A stretch of DNA of 64,000 bases from Phyllobates terribilis (GCF_046119375.1 NW_027362767.1:89342001-89406000), one strand, 5' to 3'; counted from the stretch's first letter, positions 1 through 12,524 are shown. A program made the numbers and translations. Notes: generated by a model not told the origin, from the sequence alone.

Positions 1-318
1 CACCGTTGTATGAGTGAGCGATGAAAACGAGTGATCGTATCATGAAGTGTTTGAAACTTTGTGTCCATGAATATTGGCCGAATCAGTAGATTTCGAGCAA
101 ATAAAACATTTAATGTGTATGGGGCTGTCCCGATGCCTCCTCAATGGCACATGACAGGTAAGAATGGTTGGGCATGTCGGATTTTAGCAATCCTGATCCT
201 TTTGTTTTCAGTAGAGTTAAGCAGACTCCATAGGTGTCTGGCAGCGGTTTATACCTCTTTGCCTTTTTAGATCACATATTTGTCAAGCTGGTAATTTAGA
301 ATTGTGAGTTAAATAATA

Positions 319-831
319 CACACGTGGTCAAGATTGTTGGTACCCCTCATTTAATGAAAGAAAAACCCACAATGGTCACAGAAATAACTTGAATCTGACA
401 AAAGTAATAATAAATTAAAAATCTATGAAAATTAACAAATGAAAGTCAGACATTGCTTTTCTGCTTCCACAGAATTTTTAAAAAAAATTAAACTCATGAA
501 ATAGGCCTGGACAGAAATGATGGTACCCCTGAAAATAATGTGACAAAAGGGACATGTTAAATCAAGTTGTGTCCACTAATTAGCATCACAGGTGTCTACA
601 ATCTTGTAATCAGTCACTGTGCCTGTATATGGGGCTACAGAGACTCACTGTGCTGTTTGGTGACATGGTGTGTATCACACTCAACAGGGACCAGAGGAAG
701 CAAAGGAAAGAGTTGTCTCAGGAGATTAGAAAGAAAATTATAGACAAGCATGTTAAAGGTAAAGGTTATAAGACCATCTCCAAGCAGCTTGATGTTCCTG
801 TGACTACAGTTGCACATATTATTCAGAAATT
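319..831 (+). mobile_element. Truncated Tc1/mariner element (left TIR plus transposase N-terminus)
   Basis: TA|CACACGTGGTCAAGATTGTTGGTACCC start. Encodes [48 protein letters not shown], same family as 61100-62714. Homology stops at about 831. Confidence 0.92.
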
Positions 832-2090
832 CATTCGGAGTCCGGTCCCCATTCGGAGTCCGGTCCTGATCTAGAATTCAAACAGATCCTCCAAACTATG
901 GGACATGGTGGATAGTCTGATTCTAGCTGCTAATCACACCCTTAACATAAAGTATGCTGAGACCTCTCCCTCTGAGCAGACCGTCTTCTTCAGAATGACG
1001 AAGTGCCATCCCCGGGTTTTCAACAACCGCAAAGAATTCAACAGAATCTTTACCAGGGAATGTGAGCACCCAAAAAAGCATTTTCAGAGAAGAAAACGCA
1101 TGTTGGTCTTGTATCTGTTTGCTTCGGACCTGCTTCCAAAATGGGCAGAGTCTCCCTCATGAGATCCCCCTGTCTCCCGGCTCTCCACTAATACCATCCT
1201 CCCCCTTTCTGACGGAGCCTCGCTAAATGAGCCCTCCAACGGACAGACACATCGAAGCTTTCTCCCAATCAGCCTTCGAGGCCGTGGGTTTGGCTTTCTG
1301 CTCTGAGTCGGTTTCGGGCCGGCTCATGTTCCGGGACAAGTGGCCCTCAGAAGTTAACGATGCTTCGGTCTGGGACGTCGTCTCCCTCGGCTTTAAAATA
1401 GAATTTTCCACTCTCCCTCACTCTTGCTTTTTTGAGTCCCGTCCCCCAAAAATCCCTTCCCTCATTCCCGAGTTTTTCAAGGCTATCGATTTGCTCTTCA
1501 AAGCATCATCCCTGCTCCCCCATAAGATCGCTTTACGGGTTTTTATTCAAACCTGTTTGCGGTCCAAAAGAAGGATGGCTCCGTGCACCCCATCCTGGAC
1601 CTCAAATTATTGAACAGACACGGCCGCCTGTGTCACTTCAGAATAGAGTCCCTTCGTTCGGTGATGGCCTCCATGAAGCCCCAGGAATTCCTATGTTCGG
1701 TGGATATTCATGATGCCTGTCTGCACATACCCATTTTTCCTCCTCACCAGAGGTTCCTCCGTTTCACAGTCCAGGAATCCTACTTTCCGTTCACAGCGCT
1801 GCTGTTTGGCCTAGCCACAGCACCCAGGGTTTTCACGAAGATAATGACGACGGTCATGACCATTCTTCAGAGTAGAGGCATTCTCCACATCCCTTATTTA
1901 GATGACATTCTCATCAAGGTCCCATCCCCCTCAGCATTTCACAAGAGTCTGCAGGTCATCTGGACACCCTCTCATCTGGGCTGGATCATCAACACCTCGA
2001 AGTCATCTGTGATCCCAGTCCAACGCATTGTTTTCCTGGAAATGCTGTTCCACACACGTGGGCAAGGGTTTTCCTGCCTGAAGAAAAGTA

Positions 2091-2593
2091 CCGTATTTTG
2101 CGGATTATAAGACGCTCTCCAAATTTTGGGGAGGAATTCTTTTTTTTTTTTTTTTTTTCAATAAAATTGTGGTGCATCTTATAGTCCGATTTTACGGTAG
2201 CCTATCGGAAGTGAGGGTGGCTGCGGTAGAGTGGGGTCACAGGAGAGACTGGATCTCAATCTGGGCATGCTCCCCCTCCGGCGACCATTTTCCCAAAGTC
2301 CACTGCAGTGAAAAGAATAGGAAGTGTGGGAACTCCACCGACATTTTGTGAAAGGCCGGGTCCCACCTCAGCCTTCCACCGCCAGACACCCCCTCCTCCC
2401 AGCCCAGGGCCCACAGCATCGCGTCACTCCTGCAGTCGCCACAAGCTTCCTGCAGCAGCCACCCTGCCTTCTGTGACCCCGCTCCACCCCAGCCCACCCC
2501 CACATTAAGCTACATTCGGATTAGAAGACGCACCTCCATTTTCCTCCCAAATTTGGGGGTAAAACCGTGCCTCTTATAATCCGAAAAATATGA
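2091..2593. mobile_element. Non-autonomous Tc1/pogo-type MITE inserted in DIRS1 pol
   Basis: TIR CCGTATTTT.CGGATTATAAG / CTTATAATCCGAAAAATATGA; TA on both sides; the DIRS1 sequence appears to resume after it. Confidence 0.8.
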
Positions 2594-4500
2594 TACTCTG
2601 TTCTAATAAGTGAGAATCGCTGTCTCAAAGGTTCCTCACCTGGCTCCTTCCATTTTTGCATGAGCGTACTAGGCAAGATGGTAGCTTCCATTCGCTCGAT
2701 TTCACATACGCCTTCTACAGCTCTCTCTTCTTTCAAGATGGGACAAGTCAACTCACTCCCTGGATTGGCTTGTCACACTCCCTTCCCAGATCAAGAAGTC
2801 CCTGGAATGGGGGAGACGTTCTCTCTTCGTCCATCGCAGAAGATCGTTTCTGGCAATGTGTTAGAAAGTTTTAACAACGGATGCCAGTCTACTTGATTGA
2901 GAAGCAGTTTTTCAAGACTTAATACTCCATGGCCGATAGAACGATCAGAAATTGTCCCTTCTCATAAACATTCTGGAACTCAGAGCAATCTTCCTTGCTG
3001 TGCTCCACTAGCAGAACCTTTTCTCCAGCCGTCCGACAATGCCATGGCGGTGGCTTACATCAACCACCAAGGAGGAACTCGAAGTCGAGCAGTAAGGTCA
3101 GAAGTGGCACGAATTCTGTCATGGGCCGATCAGAACGTACTGGGCCGCTGACTTCCTCAGCCGAGAAGGTCTCGCCACTGATGAATTGTCCCTGAATCCG
3201 TCAGTTTTCCACAAGATTTGTCTCAGATGAGGAACTCCTGACATCGATCTGATGGCATCCAGACTGAACCACAAGGTCCCTCAGTTTGTACCCGGATCCC
3301 GTAATCCTGTAACTATCAGATTTGACGCGCTGGCAAATCCCTGTCCCAGTTCTCCCTCCCATGCCTGTTTCCTCCTCTATCGCTGTTCCCCAGGGTGGTC
3401 AAGAAGATTAAGGCGGAAGGAAGTGCCAGTCATACTCGTCGCTCTGCACTTGCCCAGAAGATCATGGTACACGGAAATAATCAACCTCCTCGCGGGACAC
3501 TCCGTGGAAACTTCCGGATCTTCCATATCTTTTTCTAACAGGTCCCTCACTTCCACCAGAATTCTCAGTCGCTCAATTTAACGGCATGTCTGAGGCCACG
3601 GTTCTGAAATTTGCCAGTTTCTCCGATCACGTTATTCAGACCATGATCAGAGCAAGGAAGCCTTCTTCCTCTCACATTTACCACTGTATGTGGAAGGCTT
3701 TTTTTCCCGTTGGTGCAAAGCCAACCGGGCCGCTCCTATTGTTTTTGCTCTGCCATTTATTTTGTAAGTTTTGCAGTTGATCTTTGAATCTGGCCTGTCA
3801 CTCAGTTCCCTTAAGGGGCAGGTGTCAGTGCTTTCCATTCTTTTCCAGAAGAATGTGGCGTCTTGCCCACAGATCAGGACCTTCCATTAGGGGGTTGTGC
3901 AATCCGTTCCCCACCTACCGGCTCCTTGTAGAACCTTGGGACCTCAATTTAATGCTGGATGTCCTTCAGAAGTCCCCATATGAACCACTACAAAAAAAAT
4001 CTCTTTTCTTCCTCTCCTGGAAGGTTGCCTTTCTGGTAGCCATTACATCAATCAGACGAGTGTCTGAACTCGCAGCTCTTTCTTGCCATTCCCCTTACGT
4101 GGTGTTCCACCAGGACAAAGTGGCCCTGCGTCCGATCTAATAATTTCTTCCGAAGGTGGTTTCCACATTTCACCTCAATGAGAACATCGTACTTCCTTTC
4201 TTTTGTCCATTTCCTCATCCTTGGCAGCAGTCACTAAACAAACTGGACCTGGTGTGAGAGCCCTTCTTCTCTATCTTTCCAGAACGGCTTCCGTCAGACG
4301 AGCGGACTCTGTTTATAATGTCCCTAAAGAGGCCTCCCTGCTTTCAGGTCTACCATTGCCCATTAGGCTTCCAGAATGTCAGAACGGACCCATTGGCTAA
4401 GGGACAGAGCGCGCCCACTCAGGGTCACGGCTCACTCTGCTTGCGCAGTGTGGGCCTCATGAGCTGTCCACCACCATGAATCAGCCTCACTACTTTTTAA

Positions 4501-5200
4501 AGAGAACCCGTCAGCAGGATTTTGCTAGGTAAACTACAGGCAGTTTCATGTTGGGGCTGTTGCACTGATTAAAAAGATGCCTGAGGTGAAGAAATCGGTC
4601 TTGTGTAATCAGTGTTTGCAGTTTTGAGGTAATGATCTGCTCATGATCCGGGGTGGGACTGTAGGCAGGGTCTTATTCTGGCGCTCTAAGCCAGATCAGC
4701 AAGATAAGACCTGACCACAGACCGCCCCGAAGCACAAGTATGTTCCTCAGAATACAGACAGCCAGAGAGACTATCTCTCTCTTATACATCAGCTACTCAT
4801 ATTTACACAGCCCCTTCCAGTGATGCTGCTACAGCAGCACAGAGTATGTCAGCGACCCCCGCCACAGCAGCACAGAGTATGTCAGCGACCCTGCTGCAGC
4901 AGCACAGAGCATGTCAACTATTGTTTCTGGCTGTCTGCATGATGAGGAACATACTTGTGCTTCGGGACGGCCTGTGGTCAGGTCTTTTCTTGCTGATCTG
5001 GCCTAGAGCACCAGGATAAGATCCTGCCTACAGTCCCGCCCCAGAGCACGAGCATATCATTAACTCAAAACTGCAAACACTGATTACACAAGAACCACAA
5101 CACAGAATTCTTCACCTCAGGTATCATATTAATCAGTGCAACAGCACCAACATGACACTGCCTGTAGTTAATTTAGCAAAATCCTGCTGACAGGTTTCCT
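4501..5200. mobile_element. T2/Kolobok-type fold-back MITE inserted in the DIRS1 recombinase
   Basis: TTAA TSD (4497-4500, 5201-5204); termini AGAGAACCCGTCAGCAGG / CCTGCTGACAGGTTTCCT; about 270-bp imperfect inverted arms. Confidence 0.88.
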
Positions 5201-5486
5201 TTAAAGCTGCTACATAGTCTTCCTTTCATACCTTCGCTAAGTTCTACAGGGTTCACACCTACGCCTCGTCTGATGCGTACCTTGGTAGAAAGGTCCTGCA
5301 GACCGCAGTGGCCCGAACTCAGACTTCAGGGTACTGTCCTTTTGCCCACCCTTGGGGACTGCTTTTGGATGTCCCATGGTCTCCTGTGTCCCCCAATGAA
5401 AGCTCTGAGAGAGATTTTACGGTGAGTAAAAAATCTTCATTTTTACTGTATTCTGTAATAACTTGGTCATTGATTTTCTTTTCCAG

Positions 5487-5585
5487 ATTCGAGACAATTT
5501 GGGAATTTCTTTAGATAATATGTCGTCTCCTCCTCCACCTGTACTTATCCCGCCCCTGAGGATCCTCACCCCATGGCTTTTTAAG
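5487..5585 (+). CDS. ralgapa1: RalGAP alpha-1 internal exon (first in window)
   Basis: ttccag|...AAG|gtatt; 99 nt, [33 protein letters not shown], close to recalled vertebrate RALGAPA1 [33 protein letters not shown]. Confidence 0.95.
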
Positions 5586-5859
5586 GTATTCTCTATAATG
5601 CAGCACACCCATACATTTCTGGTGTAACTAGTGTTGATGAATTGGGCTCTCACAATATAGAGCCAATGTTTTGGGTTATTTTTCTCGTGATTAAAGGAAA
5701 TGGTCACTACTTGTACAATATCTCCATAAATACAACAGTGCCTCTTAAAAAAAACACCATTCCTCTTTCGTCTTATTGGGGGACACAGTAACTGATCATA
5801 AATAGTAATATAGAGTGCGAATAGTGCAGGGCTACACCCGAGCCGGATATCACCCATAC

Positions 5860-6725
5860 AGATTACGAGACTGAACACCTAATGTGAAACACACACATCA
5901 CCACCCTACAGGAGCTCTATCTCTACCCCAACAGCCACACGCACCCTTAACAGTACGGAAAGGAGCTTCTCCCCCACTCATACACCCTCCGACCAAGGCC
6001 AAACACCTGAAGATCTGGGGGAGAGGAGGAGGGGACGGACACCGAAAAAAGCACTGGGGGGTATGCAGGGCTAAAATGAGGGTAACAGAATACCTGCTAG
6101 GACTCAAGACGCCGCTACCACCCCGAACAATGACCACTGGGAAGTCAGCGAAACGCAGGGCTGCAGCAAGGGACCTACTTAACTAATCTGTCTTCAAGAA
6201 ACTTGATCCTGTAGCTAGAAGTTGGGGATTCCAGACTCCATCTTCTGCTCCATTCAAACGTGCGATTTGGTGGGCGGGCGGGCAGCCCAAGGCTAAAAGA
6301 CCACCGTCCAGGTACCTGACCGCCGACAGCATCAAGGGACATGGTCCAGCCATGCAGGCGTGAGAGGATACCGCCTGAACAATACAGCCTGTACTCTCCG
6401 CCGCTACTTGGGTGAAACAGAGTGCGCAATTACACCCTGTTACCCTAAAAGCAATACATCAGAAAAAGAAAGCCTAACCTGACCTACTAAAGGCCTTAAG
6501 TAGGTCTGAGACTCAGACTTCAGTTGCCTCCAACTGAAGAAACTATGAAAAACTGAGGAGCCTGGTGCTAGCAGGCGAGGTATAGTCTGCTGGGAAGGAG
6601 CCAATGTTCAATTAGTTGCATTAGTAGTGTCAGCCTCCAGGTGGCAGCAGACTATCCCATGGTTGCTGTGTCTCCCACTGAAGACTATGAGAAAGGGATT
6701 TTCCGGTGAGTAATAAATCCTTATA
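5860..6725 (-). mobile_element. Second DIRS1-related terminal fragment
   Basis: 6655-6725 (cccatggttgctgtgtctcccactgaagactatgagaaagggattttccggtgagtaataaatcc) is homologous to the DIRS1 terminus at 5372-5441. Left boundary and orientation are uncertain. Confidence 0.5.
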
Positions 6726-6925
6726 TCCTCACCTTCCAGACTGCTGCCTTTCCAGATTAAAACATGTTTGACACCTGCAGAATTAGTAGGTTGCTAAATC
6801 AAGAAATGAAACAAATGACCATGAACTGTCCAGTGTCAGGATTGTATCATTCAGATCCCGCTTCCTCCCTCTTCCATGACCCCCAGTAAGATGAACAGGC
6901 ACATGTAAATGTTCAGTAAAATTAA

Positions 6926-7269
6926 AGGGGTGGCCAATTTTCAGAAAAAGTTTAATATTTTATAAAATAAATAAAACACTTTAATCACCCTCCCCGGGTT
7001 CAGCAGAGTCTCTGCTACTGGTTCCGATGTCTGTTATTGTCTGCAGCGCCAATAACTGATCTCAGTGGTGTGTGACGTCAATTTGGAGAGATCTGCTGAG
7101 CTCAGTGGTCGGCTGCAGCGCTGTCGACGTGACATCCGCACTGCAGATAATAATAAACATTGCAAGACTTAGAGCTGGACCCGGGGAGGGTGAGTAAGTC
7201 TTGGTTTGGTTTGTTTTTTTTACTAGTTGAGCTTCTGGGAAAAACTTTTTTGAAAGTAGACAACTCCCT
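6926..7269. mobile_element. T2/Kolobok-type MITE
   Basis: TTAA|AGGGGTGGCC ... ACAACTCCCT|TTAA; internal inverted repeat tcaccctccccggg / ccggggagggtga. Confidence 0.75.
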
Positions 7270-7303
7270 TTAAGAATGGATGTGCCTATTTTCTGTATTT
7301 CAG

Positions 7304-7459
7304 GCCACAATGTTGCCAGATAAGTACAAGCAAGGTAAACTTCATGCCTACAAACTGATCTGCAAAATCATGAAGAGAAGACAGGACGTGTCTCCAAACA
7401 GAGACTTCCTAACGCACTTCTACAATATTATGCACTGCGGTTTGCTCCATAATGATCAG
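7304..7459 (+). CDS. ralgapa1: RalGAP alpha-1 internal exon
   Basis: tttcag|...CAG|gtgagt; 156 nt, [52 protein letters not shown]. Confidence 0.97.
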
Positions 7460-7500
7460 GTGAGTCCTCTCCAATATAGTCTCATCAAAAATAATAAAAA

Positions 7501-8388
7501 GGCTGTGTGCCCATGATGCGTTTTTTAAGCGTTTCCGCAGCGGCAATTCCGCTGCAGAAACGCTTAAAAAACGCATGGTAGAAGGTCTGCAATGTTCCCC
7601 AATGATAATCCGCATGAGCTGTGCACATACTGTGGAAATTTCCGCTGTGGATTATCATTGCGGAAAAATCCACAGCACTACCAATTATTTTGCGGAAGCG
7701 CTGCGTTTTCGCCGGCATTGACTTGCATTGGAACGCATGGATTCCGCATCACTGTATATGTATATGAGGATTCCATGCGTTTCAATGTGCGGATGGTACC
7801 CGGGTCTGGAGAAGAGGAGACTCTCCTCTGTACCCGGGTACCATAGAACCTGTAAAAAAAAGCAGAATAAAATAAAAAATAAACATTATACTTACCTTCT
7901 GATGGCCCCCGGTGTCTTTGTATTGGCTTGCCGTCAGCTCGCAGTGGACTCAAGTACCTGCCATGACGTCATTTAGTCATGTGTCGGGTCACGCGATCGC
8001 TGACGTCGGCAGGTCCTTTAGTGTACCGTGAGCTGCCGGCAAGCCGAGACGCATCAAATAAAGACACCGGGGGCCATCAGAAGGTAAGTATATATTTATT
8101 TTTTAACATTCTTTACGGTCACACTATATAAATCCATTTCGTTTGCATGGATTTATATAGTGTGACCAAGTTGTCAAGCACTTTCCAAGTGATGCTAAAA
8201 TCGCTTGGAAAGCGCTTGTCAACCCGCATGCGGAAATGCATGTGAAGAACGCTTCACATCCGCTTGTCCCTGGCAGGAAAACGCATGTACAATCCGCATG
8301 TACAATCCGCATGCGTTTTTTCTGCCAGGGAGATGCAGAAACGCTCAGGAAAAAATCCGGAGCTTTTCCGCATCGTGGGCACATAGCC
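7501..8388. mobile_element. PIF/Harbinger-type MITE
   Basis: TIR GGCTGTGTGCCCATGATGCG / CGCATCGTGGGCACATAGCC (18/20); flanks AAA / TAA; perfect internal 32-bp inverted repeat 7888-7919 / 8060-8091. Confidence 0.82.
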
Positions 8389-8715
8389 TAATGCATATAA
8401 TATGTATATAATAATGAATAGAATATTATGATATTTCTAGAAATTAATTCTAGATTCTACAAGGTGGCCTAAAAGTATGCAATGATAAAACTAAAATAAA
8501 AGTAAACATAATATTAATGTGTAAAAAAAAATATATATATATATTTGATTATTATAATTTATGTTTTATTTTTATTTTAGTTTTGTTATTACCTACTTTT
8601 GGGCCACCTTGTATAATCTAGAATTAATTTCTGGTGGAAACCAGTGGACCTGACATGTTTTTATATTTATGAACAAACCCCCTAAAGTTGCTATTTCTGC
8701 TCCTTCCTCCTTTAG

Positions 8716-8880
<165 letters not shown>

Positions 8881-8957
8881 TGAGGAGATGGCAGATCTGT
8901 GTGTTATGGGGCGTGTGATGCTGTTTGGCTGCTGATCACCTTCTTTCTTTCTTCCAG

Positions 8958-9083
8958 GCTCCCCGTGTGGAGGCTCAGGTTCTTCTCGGATCTCTTGTCT
9001 GCTTTCCTAATCTCTATCAGGAGCTCCCAGCCCTGCTCCCCAGTAGCTCAGAGATTGCTATGTCCCAGTTCACGGATGTAAAG
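8958..9083 (+). CDS. ralgapa1: RalGAP alpha-1 internal exon
   Basis: ttccag|...AAG|gtaga; 126 nt, [42 protein letters not shown]; preceded by a 113-nt intron. Confidence 0.96.
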
Positions 9084-9452
9084 GTAGAACACTAAAACAT
9101 TACCACATTTAATATAATTTACAAATCAATATAGTAGTAGAAAAAGGCCTGCACATTACATAGGTAGGGTACTGTCCATAATCCACATCGGACAATGATA
9201 TACACAGTCGGTCAGCGCTAGTTTATAAGCACGTCTACATGGGTTGTTACACACTGTATGGAGGTGAGCACCCCATATAAAGTTTCCATTTAGTAGTCAG
9301 CATTTATGTAGCAGTTCTGCTGCCCACAATGATCATTTCTCAGGCCACATAAAGGATGCAATCTTCTGTTAGATTATTGCTATTTCTTCAGATTTTCTCT
9401 GCTGTGTTTACACTGGCTAATGATAGGGAACACTCATGTAACAGGGCCTTAA

Positions 9453-9853
9453 AGGGAATCAGTCAGCAGGTTTTTGCTACCTTGTCTGAGAGCAGCTTGA
9501 TGTAGGCAAAGAGAAGCTGAATCCATCTATGTATCACTTAGATTACGGGGTGCAGCCGTTCTGACACAATCAGAGCTTTTAGATTTAGCAATAAAGCAAA
9601 GCTGAGAAAGCTAACCCCGCCCACACCAGGCAATGTCCATAGACAGTGAGCTGTTTATCACAGGTGGGGGTGGAGTCAGACTTGCATGCACATGCTGTGT
9701 CCCAGCAATGATAAGGTCCTGGTGCTAAAACAATGATTGTAAACAAACAAAATCATGGAACTTGATAAGAGAGGCATCTCTGAAATCTGTGTTTTAACCC
9801 CTACAACATGCTGTCTTCAGATTACATAGCAAAAACCTGCTGACCTATTCTCT
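9453..9853. mobile_element. T2/Kolobok-type MITE; related copies start at about 9865, 16006 and 29433
   Basis: TTAA|AGGGAATCAGTCAGCAGGTTTTTGCTA ... TAGCAAAAACCTGCTGACCTATTCTCT|TTAA. Confidence 0.85.
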
Positions 9854-10286
9854 TTAAGTTTTAAAGGGAATCTGTCAGCAGGATTTCACCCCCAGACTAT
9901 TTATATGGACATGTAGCCCTTTCAAAGACAATTCCATCAATACCTTTACATGGCCAGTCCGTTACTGAGAAAGCTTGTCAGGATGTAAAGAGATTTCAGT
10001 ATTCCACTGTTACATATACGGCATTGTGCAGTGTTGGTGGAGCGGCTGCTTTCTGGAGCATCCCTTTAACATAGGGGTTCACTGCAACATCGCTAGTGTT
10101 ACATCACACGATCATGCAAGTGAATGACGCTGCGTTGTTACCAGGACCCAAAAGTCCAGAATATTTGAATTACTTGCAGTTTGAGTGTTGGCACAATGAC
10201 CTTCATCATGTTCTGTTAAAGCACTGGCAAAATGACGTACTTGACAGGGTGATTTGTCTCGCAGCTAGAGTTTCGTTGTAGCCTTA

Positions 10287-11323
10287 TGTGAAGACCCGGG
10301 GTCTTCTATGGGCATAATACTACTCAGACAACACAAGGTGAGGGTGAAACCGTGTGGCAATATTTTATTGAATCACTAAACAGACAATAAACAGAACAGT
10401 CTCAGTAAATACCCAAGATGGTACAACATTACACAGTCCTCACCCTTCCGCTGGCCCGGCCCGCTGAGAATAGAGCAGCTGCGACTTTGGGGCTTCCAGG
10501 GCCAACTACCTCAACCAGTGGGTCCCCGCTTTTGGCGAGCCCCCACAGAGAGGAGGTAGTGGCAAGCTTAGGAAACTGACAGTCCATCGAGGTACAAGGC
10601 CAGGAGACCCCAGAGTTCCACCCTGGCCTCTCCGAGAGTTTCCATGGGGCCAGATGACTGTCTGGTCCCAATCTGGCTTCTCCGAACGTCTCCATGGGTT
10701 CCAGGCGACTGGAGGGTCCCACCTGGCAACCCCAAACAGCATATTCATGAGGCCAGGTGACTTCATCGTCCCAACCTGGTTTCCTCAAATGTATCCATGA
10801 GTTCTCTGATGGTCAATGGAGCAGATCTGTATCTTTCCAGGCAGGGCCGTGTATCCTTAGGCTGGAATCCTGTAGAATCCAAATCTGTGTCTCTCTGGAT
10901 GGAACCATGCTATCCATCTGCTGTCCCGAAGAGTCTGTCTGATCTTTGATTCTCTTTGCAGCAGGATAGAAAAAACATTTTTATATTTACATATGTGGCT
11001 AAGGTCATCAGCCGCAGGTCGGGGGGAAAGATGCAGGGATCAGGTCTCATTGATAGAGCATTTAATCAATTTACATAGTTGGTGCTTTTGTAAATCAACA
11101 ACTAGCTGGTTTAGTACAATATGCAATTAGCATAGTAACAAACATCATTGTTCACAGACCAATAGAAGTCAACATTCAGGGTTATACAAATACCAGTATG
11201 TCCTTCTTGACCCACCAAAGAAACACACACAATCAAAAGTCAACGCTAACACAATAGTGTATTTCTCTTGGCTTAACAAATCTAGATGGCTGGCTAATTA
11301 AGATTAGAAGCTGTGTCGTCACC
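10287..11323 (-). mobile_element. Solo LTR, about 1037 bp
   Basis: 5-bp direct repeat CCTTA (10282-10286, 11324-11328); termini TGTGAAGAC / GTCGTCACC (7/9 inverted); AATAAA on the minus strand at about 10366-10371; no internal coding sequence. Confidence 0.6.
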
Positions 11324-12070
11324 CCTTATATCCAAGTTGTGTAATAGACATTCAGATTTCTATATTATGAAAAAGTTATCGCCTATTTGTAGGATAGATG
11401 ATAGCTGTCAGACTGGTGGGGGTTTGACAGATGAGACCCATCAGATCTCCAGAACAGGGAATGTACTTCTGCTGCTGTTTAAAGGAACGACATGCATGAA
11501 AGGAATGGCCTTCCAGCTAGCCGGGTACCGCGGATCTGCAGCCTCGGACAGTCCAAGCAGATGGAATGGAGCAATCTGTGTGGGGCCTCGGCAGTGTGAC
11601 CCCCAACAATAGAGTGGTTATCACCTATCCTGTGTAACTGAGAATCTCTTTAAGAGGATTTGTAATATGTACAGTCTATTTCCAACTCATTTTGTGGCAT
11701 AAAACAGTAAAAAGTACCTGATCTAAGAAGGTTTAGGTGTAAAGGATAAGTGACAAGCCAGTTCTTGATCTCCACATGACAATCCATCACTGTCACCTGC
11801 GGGTCACATCCTTTCTCGTTAGGCATGGGGGGTATTATATAGAGGCTGCTGATTAGTAACCAGTGGGGATGACAATAATTAGGAAATGTAAACGGCTGGA
11901 GCACATCAAATCAGATGTCAAGGCGTTTAATTAATAGGACTGGGGCCACTTATAATTATATCTAAATACTCCAGGAGACATCCTTGATCAATTTTTTTTT
12001 TATCAGTCCGCCATGAGGATAACGTAGGCACTTTGGATCAGCCTCACAATGTATTTTTGTCTTCTTGCAG

Positions 12071-12129
12071 GAGCTCACCATCAAAACTGTGCTAAGCTCT
12101 GCCAGAGAGGAGCCATCTGGGCCAGCAAG
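12071..12129 (+). CDS. ralgapa1: RalGAP alpha-1 internal exon
   Basis: ttgcag|...AAG|gtagg; 59 nt, ELTIKTVLSSAREEPSGPA plus AG (phase 2). Confidence 0.95.
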
Positions 12130-12295
12130 GTAGGTCCTCTGGAGTCGTTCCTTCCTTTGGGACAGTATAAGGGGTTGGATACTTGGCACCATAAGTCCAT
12201 GGTTGTGAGCAGTAGGCGTTTTATTATCAGTGAACGGGCTGCCATGCTTTCTGGACATCCCACACATTGTATTAATCTAGTTCTCTCTGTGGCAG

Positions 12296-12404
12296 ATGTG
12301 TCGCTCTTTGCAGCTTAGGAATCTGGATGTGCGAGGAGCTGGTCAATCAAACGCGTCATCCTCAGATCAAAGAAGCACTTAATGTCATCTGCGTTTCCTT
12401 AAAA
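12296..12404 (+). CDS. ralgapa1: RalGAP alpha-1 internal exon
   Basis: ggcag|A...AAA|gtaagg; 109 nt, (R)[36 protein letters not shown]; phase matches the previous exon. Confidence 0.95.
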
Positions 12405-12524
12405 GTAAGGACGGCTTATAAAATGAACTAGTTAAAGGGCTATCATCAACTTTGAAAGTCATCCCCTATCCTAATGTTCCGATCGCCAATCTTGAGAACC
12501 GCAACTCTGAAGAGTGGTGGTCAA

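Larger units (their letters stand above)
832..5441 (+). mobile_element. Degenerate DIRS1-type tyrosine-recombinase retrotransposon, 5'-truncated, with two nested MITEs
   Basis: Gag-like remnant at about 905-1230; RT (PILDLKLLN, FGLATAPRVFTK, PYLDDILIK) at about 1300-2090; RNase H (SDNAMAVAYINHQGGTRS) at about 3030; methyltransferase-like DLMASRLNHKV at about 3250; recombinase (AITSIRRVSEL at about 4040, HS..AV at about 4432, FAKFYRV at about 5235); terminal segment ending ...gattttacggtgagtaaaaaatc. Many frameshifts and stops. Confidence 0.9.

Noticed and set aside
7888-7899. ATACTTACCT matching the U1 snRNA 5' end
   Set aside because: No further U1 sequence follows; it is the complement arm of a MITE palindrome.
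10096-10281. Minus-strand NILDFW motif suggestive of a hAT dimerisation domain
   Set aside because: Too short, interrupted by stops, and no other supporting motifs.
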